64,000 bases of DNA, taken from NCBI GenBank assembly GCA_008690995.1, contig VRMN01000004.1, positions 496,001-560,000 of the forward strand, given 5' to 3'. Below are positions 20,199-30,937 of the stretch, one piece after another. This DNA is from Porphyridium purpureum (taxonomy: Eukaryota). The translations under genes were made by a program, and so were the position numbers. Under the pieces are notes generated by a model. The model was not told the DNA's origin and ran no database searches. It saw only the letters and a program-made list of their open reading frames with translations. Every line of letters starts with the position of its first letter. The stretch's first letter is position 1.

Positions 20199-21818
20199 CT
20201 ACACCGCGTTGTACCGTTCCCAGCGCGCCTCATTTTCGTACATTTCTTCCTCCTCGCGCTCACGTGCACGCATGGCGGCGAAGGCTTCTGGACAGCAGCA
20301 CATCATGATGAGGCGGTACGGCAGGCACAAAAGGTACGTGACAATATACACGACAAACAGCAATATGAGCACCGGCAGCATCAGCAGGAACAGCGTAAGT
20401 GCGATCGCCCAGCCGATGACAGGGATACGCAATAGCATGGTAAGCAGCGGTGGCAACATGGTGAAGCCTTGCCGCGCCTCCCACTCGGCAAACGAAACGT
20501 CGGGGTCGTTGTCGGCGCCAGAGCTACTTGTCTCTTGCAGATATCGGTCATATAGCCCTCTTTTCACCGGATTGATAAGCGCACCGTACGCCATCGTCAC
20601 GGTCTGCATCGCGGCCTCCGCATTATCCTCTGGGCACTTGTCTGGATGCAGCTCTTTGGCCAACTTGTAGTATTGTCGCTTGATCGTGGCTATCGGTGCA
20701 TCGCGCCTCACGCCAAGGACTTTATAGTACGTCTTGGCGTACAAAATCTCACGGATCCGGGTTGATGTGGGATCGACCTCGTCGCCACGTGCCGTTTCTG
20801 CTCCGCGTTCTTCCTCCATCGGTATCGCCGCATCCCCAGCCTGAACCTGCGACGAGGGCTTGCTGAGGCTAGATGCGCTTTCTACGGCCTGCGCTCGAAT
20901 GCCATCCAGCGCTACCTTGCGCGACTCGAGCAACTCACTAGCCTGTGGATTGTACAGCAGGCCGGCGTCCAGCGTCTCGAGTGCAGCTTGGAATTCGCCC
21001 GCGCTGAGCTCCACGCTCGCACGACGCCAATATCCTCTGCTCCACGTCGGCCGCAGCTCAATCGTGCAGGCGGCGTCCTGACGAGCCTCAGACAGCCGTC
21101 CCATCTTCATGTACGCAGCGCTGCGGTTGCTGTACAAAATTGCGTACTGCGGATCTATTCGGATGGCCTGCGTATAGTACTCGATTGCCGACTCGTAGTC
21201 TTGCCGACCAAACGACCCGTTGCCGAGTTCCTTGAATCGTTCCGCATTGCGCGGCTCGGTAACACTGCCGTCACTCCCACCCGAGTCTTGCGACGCGGCC
21301 CGGTGCGCCTCACGCCCGGCCAGCAGATCCGATCCTGTTGCCGGTGAGTTCGCACTGGCCCGCTCGCTCTTCCTGTCGGATAACATTGGGATTTGAAGAA
21401 TTTTTGTTGTCTCTCCGCTTGGTTCTAGGCGTAATACATCTTGCGGCTCTGCTGCGTCTTCATCCTCTGCAGTTATCGAGCCTTCGTCGCCATCGTCTGG
21501 TTGCATTAGCGAGCTTTGGCGGAGCGCTGCAAACTCAAGATCACTGTATCCTGGCGAGTCGGTCACGCCCGCGTCAAAGACGGGTTTGAGCGGCTGCTTG
21601 ACGGGTGTTTCTGCCTGAGCCTCAGTGACCCTTGCGGCTGCGGCCGACACCGTCCCCACTAGCGGTGCCGGAGATAATCGTGTCGCTGCGACATCTGGTT
21701 GCTCGTGCGAGCCTGATGGCAAGCTCGAGCCTTCTTTTCCCGCTCCGGACGGTGATTGCGATGGCTGCGGCTCCTGCTCTGATTGTGAGCGCGACTTGCG
21801 GGTCTTTTTCTTCCCCAT
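20199..21818 (-). CDS. TPR + DnaJ-domain co-chaperone with C-terminal membrane segment
   Basis: AERFKELGN..F..QDYESAIEYYTQAI, YSNRSAAY (carboxylate-clamp TPR); YYKVLGV...LHPDK (J domain); hydrophobic C-terminus. Confidence 0.9.
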   Translation of the reverse strand: MGKKKTRKSRSQSEQEPQPSQSPSGAGKEGSSLPSGSHEQPDVAATRLSPAPLVGTVSAAAARVTEAQAETPVKQPLKPVFDAGVTDSPGYSDLEFAALRQSSLMQPDDGDEGSITAEDEDAAEPQDVLRLEPSGETTKILQIPMLSDRKSERASANSPATGSDLLAGREAHRAASQDSGGSDGSVTEPRNAERFKELGNGSFGRQDYESAIEYYTQAIRIDPQYAILYSNRSAAYMKMGRLSEARQDAACTIELRPTWSRGYWRRASVELSAGEFQAALETLDAGLLYNPQASELLESRKVALDGIRAQAVESASSLSKPSSQVQAGDAAIPMEEERGAETARGDEVDPTSTRIREILYAKTYYKVLGVRRDAPIATIKRQYYKLAKELHPDKCPEDNAEAAMQTVTMAYGALINPVKRGLYDRYLQETSSSGADNDPDVSFAEWEARQGFTMLPPLLTMLLRIPVIGWAIALTLFLLMLPVLILLFVVYIVTYLLCLPYRLIMMCCCPEAFAAMRAREREEEEMYENEARWERYNAV

Positions 21819-22829
21819 CGCTGAGCCAAAAAAAGAAGAAGAAAAAAAAGCTCAGATGTACACGCAGAGACGCGTGAGTGTCCTGTCGCCAAGCGGGTGC
21901 CGTCCAAACCTTCAGCACCTATCACACGACAGCTTGTTCCATACACGCTTGTGCGCGACACCACCTGAACACCTAAGAGCGATACATCAACACGCCCACA
22001 CGCCCACACACACACACACACACACACCGACCTTCACCCGCACCGCACTCCGCGTCGGCGCCGACTTCATCACCACGCACTCAACCGGGCCGGACATATA
22101 TTACGTCCGCTCGCGAAGAAAATGTCCAGCCCGCGCTCTGGGCGGGCGCACGAGCCGTCCATTGCCGCGTCGAGTCTGGCGCAGTTGAGAATCGGCCACC
22201 ACGCTTCTCTCCTCACGGCGGTATCTTCACATCCTCCCTCGTCACCACCCAACCACCAACTGCCACAACTCATAGTGGCAACTGCAATTGCCACAAAAAT
22301 TCCTCAAAAATTCCCCAAGAAGGCCTCAAAATCACTCACAAGGCTCAAAATATCACAAAAGACCAATTCCAGAAAAGCGCGTTTGACGAACGCATTACAT
22401 TGTAATTGGCATTGCGACATTTTTGGGAGGGGTCTAGATTGCATGTAGTGTACAGTGATTTGTGGTGGTGCGGTAGAGGGGAGCTGTACCTCGTTGAGTT
22501 GAGTTTGTGGCGCGCGGTTCAACGGTTGAAGCGGTTAAGGGGAAGGCGAGTGTGGCGGGTGGCTTGGTGGAGGTCGGTGGAGATGCGTAGGTGCGCGGTC
22601 GTGCGGACGTGCGCACGAGGATGTGAGAGTCCGGCCGCTGGAAAAGGACGGAGAGCGTGCTGCACTGCGCCAGAATGGTGCAGTGCACGTGGTCGTGCAT
22701 TTGGACCAGTGGGAGACTGGTGTGATGCCGAATGTGGATCGTAGTTTCGGGTCTTGGATTGTCCGCTCGGGCTTGCGGTAGAGGGCTTGGGTATGCACGG
22801 CGACGTGAGGCTGCGCAAGGATGTCTGTC

Positions 22830-23830
22830 TAGCAGGCGGGTAAAGAAAACGCGCGGTGCGTGAGTTGGTCAGCTTTTTTCGTTTTCGGCGAATGATACCG
22901 CCACGGAGCCATAAAGTGCGGTGGCTTGGGCGCATATCGAGCGAGTCCACGAGACTTCGTGTGCTCTGCACAGTCACAAGGGAACGCCCATGGTGCCCGA
23001 CATCCTGACTCTGTCAGTGTGGCCGTTGCACGAGGGCAGAAGACATTGAGGGAAACTACAGTTCGACCTGCCGACCATACGGCATGTAGAATGAGCATGA
23101 GCTTTTGTATATCAGCGTAAGCAAGGAACAGTATAGACGGCAAAATGGAAGCGAGGCTTGGCTTTTGTTCGGTGAAACACCTTTATGGACGGATGTGGGC
23201 GCGCAGTGGCGCTGAAGATAGCGGCTCGTCAGCTCTCTCGTCTTAGGTTCGATGAAACCTTTTGGAGAATGGATTGCTCAGGAGAATATCTGCTTTTCCC
23301 CAACGTTTATCTAGAGTCAACACTCAGTGTTGGGAGAAACCGGCGCTGTCTGGCATGTGTGGATATCTATAGATGCAGAACGTGCGGACTTTTGCGAACG
23401 CCCTGAAAATGTCATACTACTCACGCTTCAGAAGAGCGCAGCAAGACCGTACATGAAAGCACGCTGACTCTCATAAGTTAAGTTGAAGTTTAGATGCGTT
23501 ATGGAAGCTCGATGAAGGCTCACGGTTTTCGCAAACCTTGTCGATTGCAAATAAGTGGCGCGCACGTATCTTCACGTGCTGCCGCATGGTAGGCAAGTAG
23601 AACTCGATGCTCGACTCCAAAGTCCAACATGGTGAAGAGTCTGAGAAGTCTCAGGTAGGCATAGATGGTTAAGGGAAGCAGCCTTTCTTCCCGTTGAGTA
23701 TTTGTGCGAAGTAAACGGCAGTCCGCGTGGCGAGAAAGTCCCAACTTTCAGTAGAGGAATTGAACAAGGAGAGGCGCTCACGCTGGACCGCTCAACCACC
23801 GTGTCGTTTGGGCTGAACTGTGAAAAGATG
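22830..23830 (-). mobile_element. degenerate Ty3/Gypsy RT-RNase H remnant
   Basis: Ordered decayed motifs across frames: ERSSVSASP, ADCRLLRTNTQRE..LP, FTMLDF, QGL, then LAYADIQKLMLIL and WRYH..THRA. Confidence 0.55.
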
Positions 23831-23976
23831 CATTCAATCTGTTAGCACTTGCACATTTCGAGGTCGGCGTCAAAAATATGTGGTGTCCCGTTAAAGAGCG
23901 CTGTGATTGGATCCATTTTGCGGTGGTATTGGGGAACGGAGGTGCACTCCGACGAGAACGACGCTGAATTGTCCGG

Positions 23977-24945
23977 ATGGGTCTCCTGACTTTCGCGTCG
24001 GGCTGGAGTCACTATTGCGCGGCCAGAAGCGCGGCCGTGTCCGCACGAGTATCGCATTGGGAGCGGCGGTGCCCGGGACGCGGTGATTGGAGTCGGAGCT
24101 GGTGGAAAAGAGGTAGCGTGTCAAAGCGTGCATTGACCGTGTGCGTTGCTCCAGACGCACAGTTGGGCGTGGACGTGAAAGAGCGAGCAGAAGGAGCTGT
24201 AAATCAGCAGGTATGTGGAAGATCGCAGGTCAAGAAAATGGACGCGCTGCGGGGTATCATTTTTGACATGGACAACACGTTGACCACAGATGGGCACATC
24301 GATTTTGCCGAAATGCGCCGCCGCGCAAGAATTCCACAAGGCGTGGATATTCTTTATCATCTCGAATCACTGAGCGGGACCGATCGTGCTGCATGCGAGC
24401 AGGCTATTCACGAAGTCGAGGTCGAGTCGCACAAGGCAATGGAGTTGAGTGCAGGATGTGTGCGGTGCCTTGAACGCATTCGTGAGCACGAAGAGACGAT
24501 GCACAGCGACCAGGCGAATAGTATCGCGCTTCATCAGCGCAAGCCTGTAAGAATGGCCATTCTTACGCGAAATTCGACTGCCAGTGTGCAGGTATTTCTC
24601 GATCGTTTCGGTCTCAACAACCGCAGCGACTTTACGTACTTTGACGCCATCATGGCGCGCGACTCCGTGGCTGGAGTTCGGCCCAAACCTGCGGCCGACG
24701 CCATCAACTATTTATGTGAGCAGTGGCAGCTGAATCCGCAAGAGTGCATCATGATTGGCGACGACGTGATAGATATTCAGACTGGTCAGAATGCCCGGTG
24801 CGGTGCGACCATGCTGCTCAAGTATCCACGCAACCAGCCATACTGGCACATGGCCGACTATGCCGTGAACGACCTTGACCAGGCGGCCGACATTCTGCTA
24901 GAACTCATCTCTCCACGCCGCTCAGACATTTTGATTCCTCTTTGA
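23977..24945 (+). CDS. HAD-superfamily hydrolase, probably organelle-targeted
   Basis: IIFDMDNTL (motif I), ILTRN (II), KP (III), MIGDDVID (IV). Confidence 0.9.
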   Translation: MGLLTFASGWSHYCAARSAAVSARVSHWERRCPGRGDWSRSWWKRGSVSKRALTVCVAPDAQLGVDVKERAEGAVNQQVCGRSQVKKMDALRGIIFDMDNTLTTDGHIDFAEMRRRARIPQGVDILYHLESLSGTDRAACEQAIHEVEVESHKAMELSAGCVRCLERIREHEETMHSDQANSIALHQRKPVRMAILTRNSTASVQVFLDRFGLNNRSDFTYFDAIMARDSVAGVRPKPAADAINYLCEQWQLNPQECIMIGDDVIDIQTGQNARCGATMLLKYPRNQPYWHMADYAVNDLDQAADILLELISPRRSDILIPL

Positions 24946-25198
24946 CATCCATCAGCATGCATCAACCACTTTTTCTTTGCCCGCTTGTGCCCGCGAAAGT
25001 TAAATTTTTCATAAATGGAGGAGGGACGTGGACGAAGCTCGACGACTCCAAAAGAGGAAGAAGACGTAGAGATGCGTGCGTCGAGCATCCCGGCTCTGCT
25101 CGCGGTTAGATTGAGCGTCGTAGTCTTCAACCCAACCCCAATTTGGCGTCCCGAGTCTGTGATTTTGTGACTGTGTCAAGGCAGGTGATTGATTCATC

Positions 25199-28100
25199 AT
25201 GGATGTTTCGCCCGGTAAATACTTTTTGGCGCGGTCGACGGACGTGGACGACATTTTTGCACCACAGTCGGTACTAGCGGAGAAGCAGCCGTGCCGACAT
25301 TATGCCGGCGAAGATCAGAATCAGAAGCCGAATTATTCTGACGAGGATCCGGCTCAAGGTCAAGCCAGTGTGTCATCGACGTCATCGGCGCTTTCGTTTT
25401 CGTCCGCACACCGCAAGACACTACAGCTCGAGTCAGGCCTTTATTCAGATGGCCGGCGTGCTGAACACATTGAGAGCGTGTACGATGATATGTCACCGTA
25501 TTTGCTTCCGCCGCAACGAAAGGGCGACAGAAGTGACCGTGATCGAATCGTTCAAGGAGAAAGGCTGCAGACCGAAAGGAGACCTCATGTGTTGCTCTCG
25601 GATCTCGCGGTATCTCCCACTTTTTTGTGTCGCATAAACGTGGACGCACAGGATTTGTCAGTGTCTGGCGGGACCAACGGCAATAGCAGTGTGAACGAGG
25701 GCATAGTTCACGTGGACGTGGGCAGGGTGCCTGGCGAATGTTTGCAAGTCCTCGGTATTGAACTGGCATTGGTCCAGCACAGGGCTATTTCTTCGCATCA
25801 TGTCCCAGTGATGGTGTCAATATCGAGTCGACAAGCAGACAGCCGAGGCGCACGAGTGGCGCTTGAACGACCCGTTCTTCATGCGCAGCTGGAGAACGAC
25901 GACGAAACGCTGCGCTTGATGGTACTCTTTTGCGCCCTGAACTCCTCTGGAGTAGAATCTTTCGACTTTCAGCTTTCTGTGCTCGTCCAAGGCGCTCAAG
26001 ACCAAGTTGGTGATCCCGCAGGGTCTAACGCATTGAAGCATCAGGAAGCGGTGCTCGACGTCAGCGGTCAGGTTCAGCCTGCCAGATGGAGCATGGTAGT
26101 GGACGGCACATGCATGGATCATCCCCATGACGTACTGGAGCTCTACAATGCAGCGAATGTTCCGTTCCGCACGAGATGTGAGGTTTCCAATGCATGCGAT
26201 TCACCGATGCTTTTCGCCGTTGAACTCGATGACCATAGTCCTTGCAGCGCGGTACAAGACCGTGCTGGATTAGATGAGCGCGAATCTGAACCACCGGGCT
26301 TGCGGATGACAGCAGCGTTGGCGTCGGATCTTGACCAAAGTCGAAATGCCCAGAGAGACAGCATGTCAGACTCGGATCCTGCTTGGATGTCGTCAATTTG
26401 GGCAGATGAAGAAGATACGGGGCTCCGTTTTATACTTGTGCAAGCGCACGGTCAAATTGTGCTCGACATCGAACCCGAATTAGATGTGGATCGAGATCTT
26501 TTGAAACGGTCGGATGGCAACGTGACGCTCGAGTGCTTACTCAAGATTGGACCCGTTGTTTTCAGAAGCACAGGAGAGATCACGTGTGATGCGGAACAGC
26601 AGCACAGCGTACGTTTCACAAGCCGAGCGCCGCCACTACCACCAGCAGCGCTCGCTTCATCTACATTGGAATGCCACGGACACGAAGAATCATTCGCCGA
26701 CGGTTGGGATCTGGGCGACACGCTTGTCTTGTTCTCAAAATTTTTGATGCAGGTCAGAATCGGCGAAAATGATACTGCGGTGAACAAAATCCTGGTTTTG
26801 CCAGCACACGCTCATGAAGTTCCGTTCTCAATACGCAATGCGGCCGCAACGGGCGCCACAGTTAGGGCTCGGATAACGACATACTCAAAAGAGCCGGACC
26901 TCGAGCTTGGCGTGCTTATCTACCCGAGCGTGTGCGAGCTTCCATCGCAGGCGCAAGTGGACATGCAGATCGTGCGAAGAGTTTCCGGATTGATATCGCC
27001 GGAACAACTATACTTGGAGCTCGAGTATCGCTCCGCGGAAATGTCGCGCTTGTACATGTACCAAGTCTCTCTTCAGCAGACAGATACGGACGAGCATGCT
27101 CCAATCTCATCAGTCAATAATCGGCAGCGAACGACCCTGCCTGCACGGCTACTCCTGCTCCATACTTCTGCGATCGTGTTTGGCGGAGTCGACATTGACT
27201 CGGCAAGTCCGGCCATGGATGAGGATGATCATGGAGGTGCAGCAAACGACAAGGCAGCTCGTCTCTTGGCACGCTTGCGCCGAGACAAAACATTGGAGGA
27301 CTACAATCGCGCCGTGGTCGAGCTTGAGTACTTGGGAACAAACGCATCCACGTACGAGCTTCGAATTGCCGACACAAGTGAGAACGTGTTTCTTCTGTTG
27401 GACCCAAGAGACCGTAAGCTGAAAAGAGCTATACAAGTGCACATGAACAGACGCGCACTCTATGGAATCTACGTCTACTTTTTCCCCTGCCATGTGATTT
27501 GCTACCGCGCCGAGCTTCTTGTGAGCGAAGTTGCCAAAGGATCACGGTCTAAAAACAAAGCAGGCGACAACGCTTCTAGCATTCCAATTTTTGGATACGG
27601 TGGACGAGCTGACCTACGCATTCGGCAGCGTGGCCGCTCGGCTCTTACGCTAGAAAACGTGGGTGCGCGCTGTGCTTATGCCATTCTACTTTCCAGCAGG
27701 CGCGGAACCACGACACGACCATTCTCCGCATCACTCGTGCGCTGCGCACTCTTGCGCAGCGGAGAGTTGTGTGACATGGCACTGGATGATCACGACGCGC
27801 CGAGCTTTGTGCTTGCGTGGGGTGACGAGCTGGCTCGGCGATGGCGCAGGCTTTCTTTGTCGATACAGGAGGGACATGAATCTACCATGAGCCGGGTCCA
27901 GACCTGTTCCGATGCGTATTGTGCTGAGATACCGCGCGAAAAAATGCTCGAGCCGGACGCCGCTGAGCTCGAAGACCAGCTTATATCTGACCAGCTGGGA
28001 CGAAATGAATTACTGCTGGAGCTTTTATTCCACGCGCCAGCAATGTTTGAAGCCCAAAATCGGTTTGTACGTGTTGCGCTGCCACGACACTCCCGTCGGG

Positions 28101-28960
28101 GTAAACATTTAGCACGTGATGCTGTGGTTGGTGGTCATGCTACTCTTCGTCCTCTGTCTCGTGATAACAGTGAACAAAGCACTCGGGCACGCGTTGGCTT
28201 TTTTTCATTTCATGTAGAACGACTGCGCATCCCAGACACGCCCTTGGGCTACTCCCACAGCGTGGTACATGTCCTGGTGAATGATGACGCCTACGCACCT
28301 GTGCAATGGCGCATCGAGCGCCGTGTCGACTCTGCCCGCCAGGCGGGATCGCAAGCGTGCATTCGCGTAGACCGAACGAGTGCGTCCATAGCCGCGGGTA
28401 AGTGGTCGTCTGTGTCTTTTATTTTTGCGCCCAAGGATGATCGCGTGGGAGAGTATTGTGAACAATTTTATCTGTTCAAGGACCGTGCAGATGACCAGCT
28501 TCCCGACCGAATGATAGAGGTGCACGCTAAGTCTATCGGACCTCTAGCCTTGGACGACAAGACTGGTCATGTGGCAGACTCTGCTCGCAGCGGCGGCGGT
28601 ATCAGTTTTCGGCAGCGCAAGGTGATAGTGAACTTGAATCGCATGATGACGATTGAAGCCGACGGCCGCACACCCCAGAGTGTGTATGAGGACGAGGTGG
28701 GCAATGTGACACTATGTAACCACTTGGCGCACCCAGTCGAGGCGGTGATTGCGTGTTTACCGCCGCCTTTGCGGCTCGCAAAGCCGCACGCACGGTTTAG
28801 TCTTCCGTCGTGTAGCCGCGTGCGTGTACCACTCTTCCACGAACGGGAAGCGACAATGACGGGGTCACAAAAGACCATCGAAAGGAGAGGGCACATCTTG
28901 ACTGCTGTCACCCGCGATGGCGAACACTGCTGCTCTGTCGCCATCGCTTATTCCACGTAG
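25199..28960 (+). CDS. large ASH/Ig-like repeat protein, CEP192/SPD-2-like
   Basis: 1253-aa ORF; IVFGGV, F.P....YRAEL, IPIFGYGG, LENVGARCAYA, WGDELARR.R, FAP....GEYCEQF follow the CEP192 C-terminal domain order as I recall it. Confidence 0.75.
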   Translation: MDVSPGKYFLARSTDVDDIFAPQSVLAEKQPCRHYAGEDQNQKPNYSDEDPAQGQASVSSTSSALSFSSAHRKTLQLESGLYSDGRRAEHIESVYDDMSPYLLPPQRKGDRSDRDRIVQGERLQTERRPHVLLSDLAVSPTFLCRINVDAQDLSVSGGTNGNSSVNEGIVHVDVGRVPGECLQVLGIELALVQHRAISSHHVPVMVSISSRQADSRGARVALERPVLHAQLENDDETLRLMVLFCALNSSGVESFDFQLSVLVQGAQDQVGDPAGSNALKHQEAVLDVSGQVQPARWSMVVDGTCMDHPHDVLELYNAANVPFRTRCEVSNACDSPMLFAVELDDHSPCSAVQDRAGLDERESEPPGLRMTAALASDLDQSRNAQRDSMSDSDPAWMSSIWADEEDTGLRFILVQAHGQIVLDIEPELDVDRDLLKRSDGNVTLECLLKIGPVVFRSTGEITCDAEQQHSVRFTSRAPPLPPAALASSTLECHGHEESFADGWDLGDTLVLFSKFLMQVRIGENDTAVNKILVLPAHAHEVPFSIRNAAATGATVRARITTYSKEPDLELGVLIYPSVCELPSQAQVDMQIVRRVSGLISPEQLYLELEYRSAEMSRLYMYQVSLQQTDTDEHAPISSVNNRQRTTLPARLLLLHTSAIVFGGVDIDSASPAMDEDDHGGAANDKAARLLARLRRDKTLEDYNRAVVELEYLGTNASTYELRIADTSENVFLLLDPRDRKLKRAIQVHMNRRALYGIYVYFFPCHVICYRAELLVSEVAKGSRSKNKAGDNASSIPIFGYGGRADLRIRQRGRSALTLENVGARCAYAILLSSRRGTTTRPFSASLVRCALLRSGELCDMALDDHDAPSFVLAWGDELARRWRRLSLSIQEGHESTMSRVQTCSDAYCAEIPREKMLEPDAAELEDQLISDQLGRNELLLELLFHAPAMFEAQNRFVRVALPRHSRRGKHLARDAVVGGHATLRPLSRDNSEQSTRARVGFFSFHVERLRIPDTPLGYSHSVVHVLVNDDAYAPVQWRIERRVDSARQAGSQACIRVDRTSASIAAGKWSSVSFIFAPKDDRVGEYCEQFYLFKDRADDQLPDRMIEVHAKSIGPLALDDKTGHVADSARSGGGISFRQRKVIVNLNRMMTIEADGRTPQSVYEDEVGNVTLCNHLAHPVEAVIACLPPPLRLAKPHARFSLPSCSRVRVPLFHEREATMTGSQKTIERRGHILTAVTRDGEHCCSVAIAYST

Positions 28961-28990
28961 ACGTATCTGAGGAGGCATTTATCTTGCCGC

Positions 28991-30850
28991 TCATGATTCC
29001 GGTTTTGAAAAGAGCTCCTCTAGCGCGTGATCTAACAATACCGAGACCAAAGCGTGGTTGACGTCGTACTCGAGGGCGAGGTGATACATATCCACGGCGC
29101 CATTTAGATCGTCGAGTACATGAAGAACCATGCCGAGGCTTGCATACAATGTTGCGCTCCGCAAGCCCAGTCGCTGCGCGCAACGCAGGTGTTGGAGTGC
29201 GCGTTCAAACTGCCTCGCGCGCCGATATGCTTGGCCGGCGTTGTAATACAGAAGCGCGCTCTGCTCTTGCTCAGCTGCGGAACCGATTTCGACCACTGCG
29301 TTCCCGTCTATACTGTCATCTCGCCCGGCATCGCTCAAGCCCAGCGCAAGAGCATTTTTTTCCGTCGCATCTAGAGCGCGGTCGAACCAGTCGATGGCCT
29401 CCGTGAAGTTGCCGTGGCGATAGGCGTTCAATGCAAGCTCATGCCAGCTGTGTATTTCCTCACAGGTATTCGTGCGGCTGAGCTCTAGCGCTAGTTGTAG
29501 TTGTCGCTTCGCGTGTGCGTATGATAGCTGTTTCGAATACTCTGCGCCCATACATCGAATCGGCTGCGGCGCCTGCGGCGCCAGCCGAGCAGCGGTGCGG
29601 TAGGCGGCCATCGCCTGGTCTGAGTCTTGCTGCATCGCGAAGCAGTGCCCAAACGCGAGCCAAGCTTGTGCGAGTCGCACATTCATACTAGTGGCCTTGC
29701 GCAAGTAGCGACGCGCGAGGTCTAGCTTGTTGCATAGCATGTAGTAGTATGCGACTACAGTCCAGCTTGTGGCATCGGCTGCATGTTCTCGTGCGGCGCG
29801 ATGTGCCAGCGAGAACAAATCGGTACGCCGATCCAGCTCGTAGAGCGCTGCTGCATATGTCAACAGGAATCCGCCGGATCCACTGCGTGGCGCATCGCCA
29901 AGCGCACGTTCGCACGCACGCACGCACGTTGCGTAAAGCTGCTTTTCATACAGAGCTTTGGCTTGCAGCTCGGCCGCCACCCGCAACGGTATACTGGCCA
30001 AATCTGAGCCTGATTCACTTGCATCGTGGCCGAGGTGCGCCAAATACAGCGCACAAGCCCATCTTGGCATGACACCAGAGTTAACTGCGAAAAGCATAAG
30101 CTGGACAACGTCACAGATTTGCCCGGCGGTGATCAACGCACCGTCCACCAGGCGACGAAGCGCATCGTAGCACAATGGGTCGACGTGAAGGGCGCGTAAA
30201 TATTGGTCAGAGGCAAGCTCATTATTTTCCAGCTCTTCGTGAGCGCGCGCGCACAAGAACAACAAGGCAGCAGAAAGCTCGTCTTGTACTGCTGAAACTG
30301 CATGCATGTGTGACTCTCGATCGAGGTCGCTGCGTGGATGTGCAGCGCGGTCCCTCATCGGCGAACCTGCCAAAAGACTTTCTGGCGGCGACGCGTCCAC
30401 ATGCGGTGTGAGAAGTGCAACAGTCTGCTCATACTGGCCACTTGCAAAAAGACACTTTGCGAGCATGTACGTGACAGTTTTTGCCTTGACCGGGTCTTTC
30501 GATGGCACGCGGTCTGTGGAAGCAGTCAGTACCTGCACCGCGGCGGAGTACATTCCGCCGCGGTAATACGCCCGCGCCAGCCGCAAAACGTCGTTGTCAT
30601 CATCATCTTGATCACGACGATCCTCATCACCAGCAAGAAGAGCGTTTCCTCGAAGCGCGTGCTGCCCGCTTGTCAGATCTTGAGGAGCTTGCTTGCATCC
30701 ATTCGAAGGCGCGCCACCTCCTAAACGCGCATACACCATCACCGCCTCAGCGAGCAGCTGCGCAGTCGTCACCAGATCCATCTGCATGTACCGCTCTGCC
30801 TTGACGCGCAGGGCTTGCAAATCCATTCCATGTTGGCCGTCCAACACCAT
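28991..30850 (-). CDS. CDC16: anaphase-promoting complex subunit 6 (TPR protein)
   Basis: LFSLAH, SW..VAYYY, ARRYLRKAT, AWLAFGHCFA..QDSDQAMAAYRTAARL; ATG at 30850 (or 30826). Confidence 0.88.
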   Translation of the reverse strand: MVLDGQHGMDLQALRVKAERYMQMDLVTTAQLLAEAVMVYARLGGGAPSNGCKQAPQDLTSGQHALRGNALLAGDEDRRDQDDDDNDVLRLARAYYRGGMYSAAVQVLTASTDRVPSKDPVKAKTVTYMLAKCLFASGQYEQTVALLTPHVDASPPESLLAGSPMRDRAAHPRSDLDRESHMHAVSAVQDELSAALLFLCARAHEELENNELASDQYLRALHVDPLCYDALRRLVDGALITAGQICDVVQLMLFAVNSGVMPRWACALYLAHLGHDASESGSDLASIPLRVAAELQAKALYEKQLYATCVRACERALGDAPRSGSGGFLLTYAAALYELDRRTDLFSLAHRAAREHAADATSWTVVAYYYMLCNKLDLARRYLRKATSMNVRLAQAWLAFGHCFAMQQDSDQAMAAYRTAARLAPQAPQPIRCMGAEYSKQLSYAHAKRQLQLALELSRTNTCEEIHSWHELALNAYRHGNFTEAIDWFDRALDATEKNALALGLSDAGRDDSIDGNAVVEIGSAAEQEQSALLYYNAGQAYRRARQFERALQHLRCAQRLGLRSATLYASLGMVLHVLDDLNGAVDMYHLALEYDVNHALVSVLLDHALEELFSKPES

Positions 30851-30937
30851 GGCCACTTGTCGCCTCCGCCGCGCGCGCTCTTCCTCTCCGCGCGCACGCA
30901 CGCACGCCGTCCAACAAGCCCCAGTACACGGCACTTA

